Made by a program: the position numbers and the translations under genes
Notes under the pieces: generated by a model
The model's input: the letters and a program-made list of their open reading frames with translations, nothing else
Databases searched by the model: none
Told to the model about the DNA's origin: nothing
Assembly (NCBI RefSeq): GCF_018350175.1
Contig: NC_058383.1
Coordinates: forward strand, 27,220,001 to 27,284,000
Origin: Felis catus
Taxonomy: Eukaryota
Length of the DNA: 64,000 nt
Direction of reading: 5' to 3'
Part shown: piece by piece, positions 49,526 through 60,518 of the stretch
Layout: every line of letters starts with the position of its first letter
Numbering within the stretch: position 1 is the first letter of the stretch

Positions 49526-52079
49526 GAAAACGCAGAGCCACTAGGTTAGGAAAGGAGAGCTCAGAGATGTCAGGCTACCTGCTGGTGGATGCCAGGTCTG
49601 ACTCTCAGGTCAGGGCCTCTGATCCAATCGCTCAGGAGTCAAATCACAAGATCTTGCCCTGACCTTACTCCCTAAGACCCCTACCAATGGATTGATTGCA
49701 TCAAGATCTTTGCGCCTTGCTACGGAGCCAACAAGAAATGTGATGACGATCAGACGAGAGTCAGGAAGTTGCGGCTGGAGTCCGGCTCCGTGTAGGAGAG
49801 CAAAGGGGGATGAGGCAAGACCCTACCTGGCCGGCTGGCCTTGTGGCCACCATGTTCCACAGCGCGCAACACAAACCGTCCTCCCCCAAGAACACAGCCT
49901 TTATCTCGTCAATTTTCTAGGCTACGCCAACCAAACAGTGGAATCCACAGGAAATTAAGCTTATTGACTCAGTCTTTGGTACCACATGGAGAAGATATAT
50001 TTACACATGTCATCTGAGCCTGGGGGACTAGCGGTTATTGGCACCAAGTATTTACCGAGTTTTGAACGACAGCGGGAGCAGGAATGGGGTGGAGGGACAG
50101 ATACCCTGTTTCTTCACTGCATGCAGATTTCTGAGCCGGGGCGGCGGGGTGGGCCTTCTCCTGAGCCCGTGTTTTCCCTCCATGGGGCTGGCTTGGACAG
50201 TGGAAGCATTTTGGGTAAAGCTAATATTCTGCAGAAACTGGTTTCAGAGAGAACGGACTTTTCAACTTCAGGCCGACGTAACGGGGCTCTCGTTGTTGGC
50301 AGCAGCGAATTGTGATGTGATCCCATCTCTAGGTGTTTGCCTCATGCCATCTCTTCATGGTTCTTGGAGCTGTAACTTCTCCTTGGGTCATTTACGACCA
50401 GAGGGGAAAAGCAATCTTTGAGATTCATGATGGAAACAGCAGGGGCCTGGGGAATAAATGCCCAAATAAAAAATAACCATAAATAAATCATGACATCAAT
50501 GGCTAATAATTAGGGACCCAGAACAAGTGCCAGGGACTGTAAAGATATTTACATGCAGTATTTCACTAACCTCATATGTTCTTTTATAAGAACAACAAAA
50601 TCCAAGCTCCTTATCATGACCTTATGAGGCCCTATGGGATCAGGAGATTGTCAACTTCTGTAAGTTCCTCCCACCCCTACTCATCAGTGGGTTTCAACCA
50701 CCAGAAGCAAACTCATTCCTGCCTCAGGACATCTGCACACGCTACCCCTCTGCCTGGTGTACTTTTCCCCACGTCCTTGAATATCTGTCTGGTTTATTCC
50801 CATCACTTGAAGCTGGGCTCAAATATCACTTATGCCCCCTGGAGCCACTACCCATCTCATCACCCTGTTTAATCTTTCCCATAGCACCTTTCCACTTCTT
50901 TCAAGTTTTCATATTTATGTGTCTGCTTAGGCATTTATAGTCTGTTTCTTCCCGCTAAGCTCCATGAAATCAGAGACCTTGGACTCCCAAGAAACCCAGT
51001 GCCTGGAGACATGCCAGCACATGCAGAGGCCAAGTAATGACTCCGGGAGAGAATGAAAGGGGAACAGGAGTCACTGTTCCAGTTGATGTCACTCCAAAGC
51101 CTAGGTTCCTAACCACTGGGTGACACGGCCTCAGCACACGACACTGAGTCAGCTGGACTTCCAAAGATAACACCGGCATGTGGCTTCTGGGGGGAGGGGT
51201 AAATTTCACCACAAGGCTGAGGTTTTATCCGGTGTTGTAAACCACTTCCTAAGAAGCACCTAGGCTCCTATGCCAACACTTGATGAGGTGGAGGGTATGG
51301 TGTCCTGACGTGATTCTCTAGCCACAGATTTGTTCTCTGGATGCAGGGATCACATTGGTGCCTCAGCAAAATGCAACAGCATGAGTACAGGAGTCGGTTA
51401 TGCAGACCCAAAGCATTACTGCGATTCAGTACCCGAATCCACGAATTCATTTAATGATTCTACACAGGCAAAGAATGAACTTTTGGGCGCTTTGGACAAT
51501 GTCAAGATGAAGTAGTAGAGACCCAGCAGGGGGAAAGTGTGAGCTGTGTTGATAGCAGCTGGAGGTTCCTCCTGGGGAACTTGCTGGGGGAGTCTCAAAG
51601 AGCGGTCCCCACTTTCTAGGCCTCCGTTTTGACATAGGGAAAATGGGGATAATGACTGTCCACCTATTGTCAAGGGCGTACTTTCAATGCTGCCGCAAGA
51701 AATACGTGAAAAACGTCAGTCACAGCAACTGCCACGTTACGGATGCGGTCATGAGAGACTTATTAAATGCCCACTATGTTCAAGGGGCAGTGGGGAGCCT
51801 GCCTCAGTTTTCTCTACCTCTCAAATCCTTAGAATCATGGCAGGATGGGCCCTGTCTTACTTCCATCTCCCAAACCCTACATCACAACATGCCAGCAAAA
51901 CAAGGGCCATTCTAGAACATCTCACGTCAGGGCCACACCGTGTGGAACTGAATTCCAGCTGTGCGACCTTGAGAAAATGAAGCATCTTCACCCAATTTCT
52001 GGGCCTCCTTCCTCAATCATTAGATGGGATAGTGGCTGGTCTCTGGTCCTTTCCCACCCCTTAACTTTACATTCTAATC

Positions 52080-52460
52080 CCTCCCGCACTGGACTTCCTG
52101 TCTTCAGCCGTTCTAAGCAATCCGAGCCTCAGAGAATTTGCATATGCTATTCCCTCTGCCTGGAACGTCTTCCTCCCTCCAGTGATGGGCTCCTTCTGCA
52201 CCTCTCACCCTTTCCTGGCTGCCCTGTATAACGTAGCCCACCCCATTATATTTGATAGCAGCTCCTTATTCATTTTCCTATTATCACCAATCACCACGTG
52301 TAGCTCTATAGTAAACGTGTGCCGTTCTCCTGTTTCTTCCACAGAGTAGGAGACTGTAGGCCTCCTAAAGGAAAAGGGACCATTTCTGACCTGGTCGGCC
52401 ATGTATCTCCAGAGCCTAGCAGAATGCCTGGAACACAGCAGGTGCTCAATAAAGGCTTGA
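52080..52460 (+). mobile_element. L2 3' fragment
   Basis: TTTGCATATGCTATTCCCTCTGCCTGGAACG...GTATCTCCAGAGCCTAGCAGAATGCCTGGAACACAGCAGGTGCTCAATAAA. Confidence 0.7.
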
Positions 52461-52619
52461 CAAGTGAGCAGATGAAGGCATGGCGTTCCTGCCAGTCTGC
52501 ACACATCAAGGCCTTCATCTAGCTCACTCTGCAGAATCTTAAAGCACACTGTTCCCAATGCCCGTGTCCAGTTCTTTCCCCACTCTGTCCCCTGGGGCCG
52601 TGGGGCATGGGTGACCTGA

Positions 52620-52810
52620 GCTCCATTCCTGGTTCCACTACTTTCAGCTGTGTGATCTGGGAAAAACTTCTTAACCACTCTGTGCCTCTGTTTCCTTACC
52701 ATCAGAATGGTTTGAACGTTAATAGTACCTATCTCAAAGAACTGCTTTCAACATTAAATGAGTTAACATATGTGAAGGGCGAAGAATAGTGCCTTGTATG
52801 TGAGTAAGTG
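52620..52810 (+). mobile_element. MIR
   Basis: AGCTGTGTGATCTGGGAAAA..TCTTAACCACTCTGTGCCTC.GTTTCCT...AATAGTACCTA.CTCA...ATTAAATGAGTTAA. Confidence 0.75.
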
Positions 52811-52922
52811 ACATCTGGTAGTGGTAGTAATAATTCTTGTCCCCACCCCTCCACGGCACATCAACATTAGGTCTACCTTGGTACCTGACCTTTCACACAG
52901 GTGGTTGGGCTCCTCAACTGGA

Positions 52923-53091
52923 CAGCGGTTCTGTCCCCTGGGGGTCCATTAGCATCACAAGGGGAGCTTTAGGTTACCCTGACCCCCAGGGGACCCCAGA
53001 CCAATGACACAGGCATCTCCAGGGAGGGCTCAAGCCAGTTTCTCAGTCTCCCTAGGTGACTCCGATGCGGAGCAGAAAATGAGAACCTCAG
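52923..53091. mobile_element. MER5A-like DNA transposon
   Basis: CAGCGGTTCT...CATTAGCATCAC..GGGGAGCTTT...CCCTAGGTGACTCCGATGCG...TGAGAACC. Confidence 0.6.
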
Positions 53092-53213
53092 TAAAGTCCT
53101 TATGCTCAAAAAACCCTCAACACTATCTGCTGTCTACTCTCCTCTTGAACAGCCTTTTGCTATTTTTATTCTAAGCCCCTATTCTGGATCACTCCCAAAC
53201 TACCAACTTAGAT

Positions 53214-53420
53214 CAGTGGTTATCGGCTACCCCCCCCCTTTGGGAATGTGTGGCAGTATCTGGAGACATTCCGGGTATCACGGCTTGGAGGAAAGGGTAC
53301 TCACTGGCGTCTGGTGAGTAGAGGCCAGGGACGCCGCTGACCATCCTACAAAGCACAGGGCAGCTCCCATGGCAAAGAATGCCATACCCCAAAATGTCAA
53401 CAGCCCCAGTCGGGGTGGGA
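53214..53420 (+). mobile_element. MER20 DNA transposon
   Basis: CAGTGGTT...TCTGGAGACATT...ACTGGCGTCTGGTGAGTAGAGGCCAGGGACGCCGCTGACCATCCTACAAAGCACAGG...CAAAATGTCAACAG. Confidence 0.82.
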
Positions 53421-53819
53421 AAGTGTGCTACAGAGTCATCCCTTCTGTGGGGGTGGGGAGGACAAGAGAGGCAGGCTGACAGTGGGAAGAAAGAAAAAGG
53501 GAAGGAAACTTATCACTAGTGAGTATCAACCTCCAGCCCCGTGCCAGGCAGATGTTTCATGAATAATAAGAATCGCTACTATTCTCTGAGCACCTACCAG
53601 GGGGTGACCTATCTTACTTAACCACAAGGCAATTCGGAGTTAGAGGCTCCTGTCCCCACTTCACGCTTGAGAAAGCAGGATCAGCAAGGTTGGGTAAGTA
53701 GGCCAAGGTCACCATGCTTGCACACAGTCCATCTCAATTTTAGTCCCTTTTGTTTAGATTCCAAAGTCAGGGCTGCCCCAGATCATACTTCCTGAGCCTC
53801 ATCACGTGTCAGACAATGC

Positions 53820-54020
53820 TTAATTGTCTGAATGCTTACCATCTGGCCTAATTCATCCCCCCCCAACAACTCTGTGAAGTAGATACTACTGTCGTTATCC
53901 TCATCATGATCATCAACCCATTTTACATCTGGGAACACTGAAGGCAGAGTGGTGTGAAGCCGCTTGAAGACTTTCACACAGTTGGTGAGTAGCAGGGATG
54001 GGATTTGAACCTGATGAGAT
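53820..54020 (-). mobile_element. MIR
   Basis: AACAACTCTGTGAAGTAGATACT...CCCATTTTACA...CACACAG..GGTGAGT.GCAG...GGGATTTGAACC. Confidence 0.7.
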
Positions 54021-54094
54021 GTATCCAGAATCTGGTTCCTTCCTACCACACTCTACTGCTTCTAAGAGAACGACGGAAGGAAGACTCCAACTCC

Positions 54095-54470
54095 CCTCTG
54101 CCTCAGGACCTTTGCACAAGCCATTTCCTCTTCCTTAAACACCCTTCCTTTGGCCCCTCTGTCCAGCTATTTCTCATCCGTTGGACCTCAGCTTATAATT
54201 CATTTTGCTAGGACACCCTCTCTGCCCTTTCCCTAACCAGTTGATTTATCTTTGTTAAACTCTCTCTCAGCGCCACACCCCGCACCTTCATAGCATTTCA
54301 CAATTTACAAGGAACCCTGCACTTGTCCAAGTGTTTGACCGACAGCAGTTTCTTCCTCTAGACTATAGGCTTGGTGAGGACAGGGACTGTGCCTGCTTTG
54401 ATCAGCCCTGCATCCCCAGGCCCCTGGCATGACGCCTGGCTCAATAAAAGCTTGTGGTTGAATGCATGAA
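54095..54470 (+). mobile_element. L2 3' fragment
   Basis: CTGCCTCAGGACCTTTGCAC...CTAGACTATAGGCT..GTGAGGACAGGGACTGTG...GCTCAATAAA...TGGTTGAATG. Confidence 0.7.
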
Positions 54471-55397
54471 GCAGACGATCTGAAGCCAAGAGCACAGCTG
54501 GTGCCAGCCCAGTCCATCTCCCCATCCCCAGAGAGGGATGCAGCCATCCGGTGGGGCCCTGTCCAGGCGCCTCCGTGACACATCAGAACCCGCGGAGTCT
54601 TCAGGCGAGCTGGTTGCAGAGGCCATAAACCCTTCTTCATGGTGGCTGGTCTTTATCATTTTCCAATCAACACTGGTTGAGTTCTAATTGATTTTCTATG
54701 ATATCCCTCTCCAGAAGGGAGAAAGGCTCTGTTTACTGGGGCAGCGCATAGAGGACAGGCCTTTTCTTCCTGCTGTATTTAATGCTGCTGCTAATCACGG
54801 AGATTAGACTAAAACAATTACAACAGCTAATTAAAGAACAATGCGGTTTTTGGCATCTTCGCACAGACGGCACCATTGGGAATTCCTAACTCGGGCAAAG
54901 CAGGGATAATTAAAATCCTGTTCCACTCTCCCCACTCCAGCAGCTGGATCACGCTGATTAAACTGCAAATAAAACACATGAAACCAACACTTTGTAGTCT
55001 ATCCAATTTCACTTAAAAGGGCTTTTAACTGATTCATAAACAGAGAAGCCGTAAACAGCAAATTATTTAACCAAAGCCAGTTATTTCGTCATTGCCTTTC
55101 ACTTCATTCCCGACACCGGACTTGCGCATGTCGCCCAGGGGACGTCAGGCTGACGGAGCCCAAGGAAGCACTGCAAAGCCCGAGGCTGCCTGCTCCTGCT
55201 CACGCCAACAGAGCGTCACCAACATGCCGCTGCTTCCACTGGGCGCGGGATCCCACTACGGAACAAGATCGGGTACTACGCATGTCCCCAAAACGCCCAG
55301 ATTGATCTGCAGGCACATCTGGACTCCACGTCAAGGCTAGAGGGCACGGACAGAGAAGGTGCCAAGTATAACTAACATTAAAAAACGCTCAGCTTTA

Positions 55398-55615
55398 GGG
55401 GCGCCTGGGTGGCTCAGTTGGCTGAGCATCTGACTCATGGTTTCGGCTCAGTTCATCTCACAGCTCATGGGTTCGAGCCCTGAGTCAGGCTCTGTGCTGA
55501 CAGTGAGAAGCCTGCTTGGGATTCTCTCTCTCCCTCGCTCTCTGCCACTCCCCTGCCTGTGCACACACACACTCTCTCTCTCTCTCTCTCTCTCTCAAAA
55601 TAAGCTTAAAAAAAA
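55398..55615 (+). mobile_element. CAN-SINE (older subtype)
   Basis: GGGGCGCCTGGGTGGCTCAGTTGG head, GTTCGAGCC, (CA)(CT)n, A tail; degenerate TSD. Confidence 0.92.
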
Positions 55616-56850
55616 TGCTTATCCTTAGAACGTCATTAAGTTATTCAGAGCCAGCTGACTTAACATTTAAAATGCAACCAACATCTACTAAGTGAGAAAA
55701 AGCCTCATTCTCAAGCTACAGGAGGATGTGTCATGACAGCTGGATACAAAAGCCTATTTGCTTTAGACAGAGACACTCTCTGAGACCCAATTTATTCTAG
55801 CAAGCAGGGTAATGTGGTTTGCTACCACTACCGAGAGATGGGAGTGGGAAAAATGAGAGAGAAAGATCAAGGGAGGTAGAAAAAGAGCATCTAAGAGGAC
55901 AAGAGAAAACAAGAGACATGCTCAGTGAAAGCAGCAAACAGGGACAATAAAGTGGAACACCACAAGACAGCAATCACGGGGATTTTAGAAGCCCCGCCCA
56001 GCACGCGTGCCTAGGATCTGAGGTGAGCAGGTGTCCTGCCCTGTGCCCCAGCTCTATATGCTGGCTTACCTCCAGGGCTCAATCCAGCTGTGGGGAGATT
56101 CCTCCCCTCCCCATCACAGATTGGTGGTTTTATAAAATACAACAAAAAAGGAAGCATCAAAATAAATAAATTAATAAATGAATAGATAGATAGATAGCAG
56201 GCTGATATGCTTGGGTCCATGCTCAATTATTATAGAAGTTTCCAAAACCATGCCCTCAATTTCTGAAAGGGTCTCAGAGCAGGCAGTGACTGGCTCTTTG
56301 AGCTTGGCATTGATCCATGGACCACACTTTGAGGGGCTCTTTTCTAAAAGATGCCCCAGAGTCACTGGAAATGCCCTTCATCAGATTTATAATATTCCAT
56401 TTAGTGCTTCACACATGTCGGTGGGTGACAAAAAAAAAAAGAAAAAAAAAGTAAGTTTTCAAATGCATATAAATCTAGGAAACAAAGACCAGAAAGAAAT
56501 GCACCAAAGATGCTATTTCAGGATGATGACTTTTCTCTTTCCTTCTCTTTTCAAGCTTTTTAAAAAAACATCAACTTTTTTTTAAACATAAAGAACCGTG
56601 AAAGTAATGTTTAAAAGAATATTCCATCTATGAAGGCAGAGAAATAAGAAGCTTTATCATAACGTGACTTACAGTTGTTCACATGTATTTATATAGGTTT
56701 TAAGTATATTAATTATTATATAAAATATAATTATCACATGGTCTAATAAAAATTACCTAACTATATACAACCACATGCTGGAATTTTATACAATCCAATA
56801 AATACAACATTTACAAAGAGTATTCTATGACTTAAGGAGATGTTTTAGCA

Positions 56851-56938
56851 ATCTGGTTGCACAACATCAAATTGCTGATATTCAACTTTTTTTTTTTTAC
56901 CTATAAAAAACAGCTATTTCATATGGTTTACCCTAGTA
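56851..56938. mobile_element. MADE2-like mariner MITE
   Basis: GGTTGCACAACATCAAATTGCTGATATTCAAC...ACCTATAAAAAACAGCTATTTCATATGGTTTACCCTAGTA; degenerate ~25-bp terminal inverted repeats matching recalled MADE2. Confidence 0.65.
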
Positions 56939-57591
56939 CAATGTTAAATGGAACATAAAAGTTCACATGAATAGATTGAGATTGATGATATATAAAATGC
57001 ACATCGTGGAAAAGACAGGAAAAAATATACAAAAAACTGTAGCATGGTGATTTTTTTTTTTCTTCTTGGTCATTTTCCAAATTTCCAACCATGAGAATGT
57101 ATTACTTTTGTAAGCAGGGAAAAAAGTGCCTTTCAAATATTTAACTCAAGAAAATTACCAGCATTTTTGAGTTCCGTCCCAATTTTTATGCCATTAATGA
57201 GAACTCCATTGTAGTCAACAGCCATTTTTGAATAGTGCGCACAAAACTGGTTACTTACTCTGTGCATGTTGGGGAAATGGGGATGAGAGGCAAATTTAAA
57301 TTCCTAAGTATTAACTGCTTAGTTTACTATTAAATTAGCTCCTCATTTGCAAGAATCAACTGAGCAGGAAGCACTGTCTCTGTGTAAGAGAAAGAGCCTG
57401 TGATCTCGAGGGACCTCAAAATTGGACTTTTCCACTTGTCTGAATCTGCCCTTCATTGTCCTGTGACCTTCACCAAGTCACTTTCATTTTTCTTGTGGCC
57501 TCAGTCTCCCCGTTTAAGTTGAAGGGCTTTGAAAGTTTCATCTGTAAGCTCCTTCCAATTTTGATATTCCATGGTCCTATTCCATGATGGC

Positions 57592-57770
57592 CAAGATCAC
57601 CTATTTAAGTTGCACGGCCCAATGCAAAATGAACACACAGGGCATCTTATTTTTTAAAAAATTAAGAATTTCAAGACAGTGACAATAGAGCATTCAACCA
57701 AGTGCAGGGCCCTACTGAGCATGAAGCCCTGTGTGACTGCCCAGGGTACCCGCCCATGAAGCTGGCTCTG
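57592..57770 (-). mobile_element. MER45A hAT-Tip100 DNA transposon, full length
   Basis: GGCCCAATGCAAAATGAA...TTAAGAATTTCAAGAC.G.GACA..AGAGCATT.AACCAAG.GC.GGGCCC...GCCCATGAAGCTGGCTCTG; about 179 bp. Confidence 0.85.
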
Positions 57771-58896
57771 CTGACAGAAGGCAAAAGATAAAGCACCACT
57801 GACCAAAACAAAAGGGGATTTAAAACAGTTTGGCAGACCAAGCATGTAGATTTCACTAAGAATGACTCACAAGGTAGATAACATACCTGTCAACAAAAAT
57901 ACTCTCGGGTCGAGTGATTAAAAACTAACGACAACTGCCTTTTCATACTTGATTACAATCAGTTTCTTTTTTAAAAAACATGTCTCTGGACATAAAATTG
58001 TGCTTGGATTTCGCAGGCAAGTCTGCATTTCCCAGGTCTTAAATTCCACTGCAGTGAGCCAAACTCAGTGAACCTTTCCTCTGTTAACATCTGTGATCAA
58101 GATTAAAGTAACTCACAGTCAGCTCTGGCTATTGAAGCTCAAACCTGAGGATAAGACCTGGTATTTTGCAAAGTGTGAGGAGCCAGCCACGCTCACCATC
58201 TGCTTCTAAGGTTTGCTGTTTTCTCGGTTATTATCAATCTGAACCCGGGGACAACAGGGCCATGATGGAGAGGGAAACGGTCTTTGGACTGCAGGAGGAA
58301 GCCAGACACACAGTGAAACCCTGCTTCCAGGGAACTCAGCTCTCCTGAGAAGCTGCGAATGAGAGAGACACAGGTGTCCCCGGCTGTTGATCACAACCTG
58401 TTTACTCTGTGTAGGACTGTAATGAGTTTGATGATTTCTAAAGGTGAGAAGCAAAGCCAGCTGAGGGTCACAATCAGTCACGTTGAAAGCACTGAGAAGT
58501 AACAGCGTGCAAGAAAGACAAAAGCAGAAAAACTGATCAAAAGGCAGACAAAAGTAAAAAGGACTGTGGGCCCATTGAGGGAAAAAGTGAAAGCCTTCCC
58601 GATGCCCTCAGGGGTCATTAGCACTTTCAGCAGAATCCAAAACCTGGTGCTTGAAATGCAGGCAAGATTTCTTCAAGGAAAGTTTAACACTTGCCCAGCA
58701 CACACACTGTTTCAGAAGGCAGGGAAACAGGTGATATAATTTAGAAAGAGTCCCCCTTGTAAGACTTAATTTTCTTGAGAAAATCAAGATGGTCTCCTCT
58801 CCCAAGGCTCCAGATGGCTGAAGTTTTGCCGTACACAGGCATATATATGATGTATGTGAGTGCTTACATTCTGTAGCATTTCCTTTTACCTAAAAA

Positions 58897-59107
58897 ATTT
58901 TTAATGTTTATTCATTTTTGAGAGACAGTGCATGAGCAGGGGAGGGGCAGAGAATGAGCGACACACACACACACACACAATCCGAAGCAGGCTCCAGGCT
59001 CTGAGGTATCAGCACAGAGCCCGAGGCAAGGCGTGAACCCGTAAGCCGTAAGATCATGACCTGGGCAAAAGTCAGTTGCTTAACCGACTGAGTCACCCAG
59101 GCGCCCC
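58897..59107 (-). mobile_element. CAN-SINE with internal (CA)n
   Basis: Antisense body ending CACCCAGGCGCCCC; (AC)n at 58961-58979. Confidence 0.92.
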
Positions 59108-59142
59108 CCCCCTTTTTTTTTTCACCTATTTAAAAAATGTTT

Positions 59143-59364
59143 GAGGTGCCTGGGTGGCTCAGTGAGCTAAGCGTCGGGACTCTTGATTTCAGCTCAGGCC
59201 ATGATTGAGCCCTGCATCAGGTTTGTGAGTTCTAGCCCTGCATCAGGCTCCTTGCACTGACAGTGTGGAGCCTACCTGGGATTCTCTTATCTCCCTCTCT
59301 CTTTGCCCCTTTCCCACTCTTGTGCTCTCTCTCAAAATAAACTTGAAGAAAATAAAAGAAAAAA
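59143..59364 (+). mobile_element. CAN-SINE (older subtype) with 14-bp TSD
   Basis: TSD ATTTAAAAAATGTT at 59128-59141 and 59365-59378; CTCTTGATTTCAGCTC diagnostic; AGCCCTGCATCAGG occurs twice internally. Confidence 0.92.
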
Positions 59365-59404
59365 ATTTAAAAAATGTTCTCATCACAGACCTTATAGTCT
59401 AGAA

Positions 59405-59626
59405 CAAAGATTTGCAAGCTTTTTCAGTAAAGGCTCAGTCAGTCAAGACTTTGTTTTGCAGGCCATATAGTCTCTGTCACAACGGCTCAGCTTTCACCTT
59501 GTAGATCAAAGCAGCGATAGACAGTATGTGATGAATGGGTGTGTCTGTGTTCCTAATAAAAACTCCACTTAGAAAACGAGACAGCCAGCTGAATTTGGCC
59601 TGTGAGCAAGAGTTTACCAACCCTTG
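59405..59626 (-). mobile_element. MER58A-like DNA transposon, full length, with intact 8-bp TSD
   Basis: TSD GTCTAGAA at 59397-59404 and 59627-59634; body matches antisense MER58A. Confidence 0.85.
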
Positions 59627-60461
59627 GTCTAGAACAAAGAACGTGAGCTCTGACAGACCCAGACTCGGATTCGAACCATGATTCTACCATTTGGCTACTC
59701 TGAGACTCAGTTTCCCTCTTCTATAATATGGGAGATAAAAATACCCACTTTGCTGGATTATTAGGAACAAAGAGAAAACAGAGGAGAATGATTAAAAACT
59801 AACTGCCCCACCCAGTAGTTACTCTTTTCATCTGTGTGGTTCTTTCCTTGGTTATGCACCCATATGTTTCTGTTCAGTCAACAATGACCATCCTGGACTA
59901 TTACCACGCGGCTTCTCATAACCTCCCCCTGCTCATCTTCCACAAGGTGGGGAGACAGAAGTTGCCAGCTGCTTTACTGGTAAGAAAACAAAAAACTCAC
60001 GAAAGTAGATCTTGTAGCCAGAGGAGTAAGGTACGCTCTCCAAACCAGCAACCGCCAGCTTTGCGTCTGCACCTTGTACAGACAGACATCAATCTGCACA
60101 CATGCCCGTTGAGAAATCTACCCGGCTCAAGCTCCAGCTTGGAACATCCACTGACTGGGTGTATAACCCCAGGGAAGGCACTTGACCACTCAGATTTGGG
60201 TACTTCCTGTGTGAAACAGAGTTAATGGTAGGAGAAGTTCTAGAAGGCTCAACCTTAGAACGTGCAACACTCAGCATAATGCCTAGTACATAGTCGGTGT
60301 TCCAGCAATATAGGTTGAAAGAGCCATGTGGTTTTGAGGATTAAATGAGAAAAGTATCCTTAGCTCCAGTGTCTGATGTACACAGAGTGCTCAATAAATG
60401 CTCATTGCTCTGTTAATGACACTCTACACAAAACTAAGTATATATGCAAATACTCTTATAT

Positions 60462-60463
<2 letters not shown>

Positions 60464-60516
<53 letters not shown>

Positions 60517-60518
60517 AC
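60464..60518. repeat. (CA)n microsatellite
   Basis: About 25 CA units. Confidence 0.95.
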
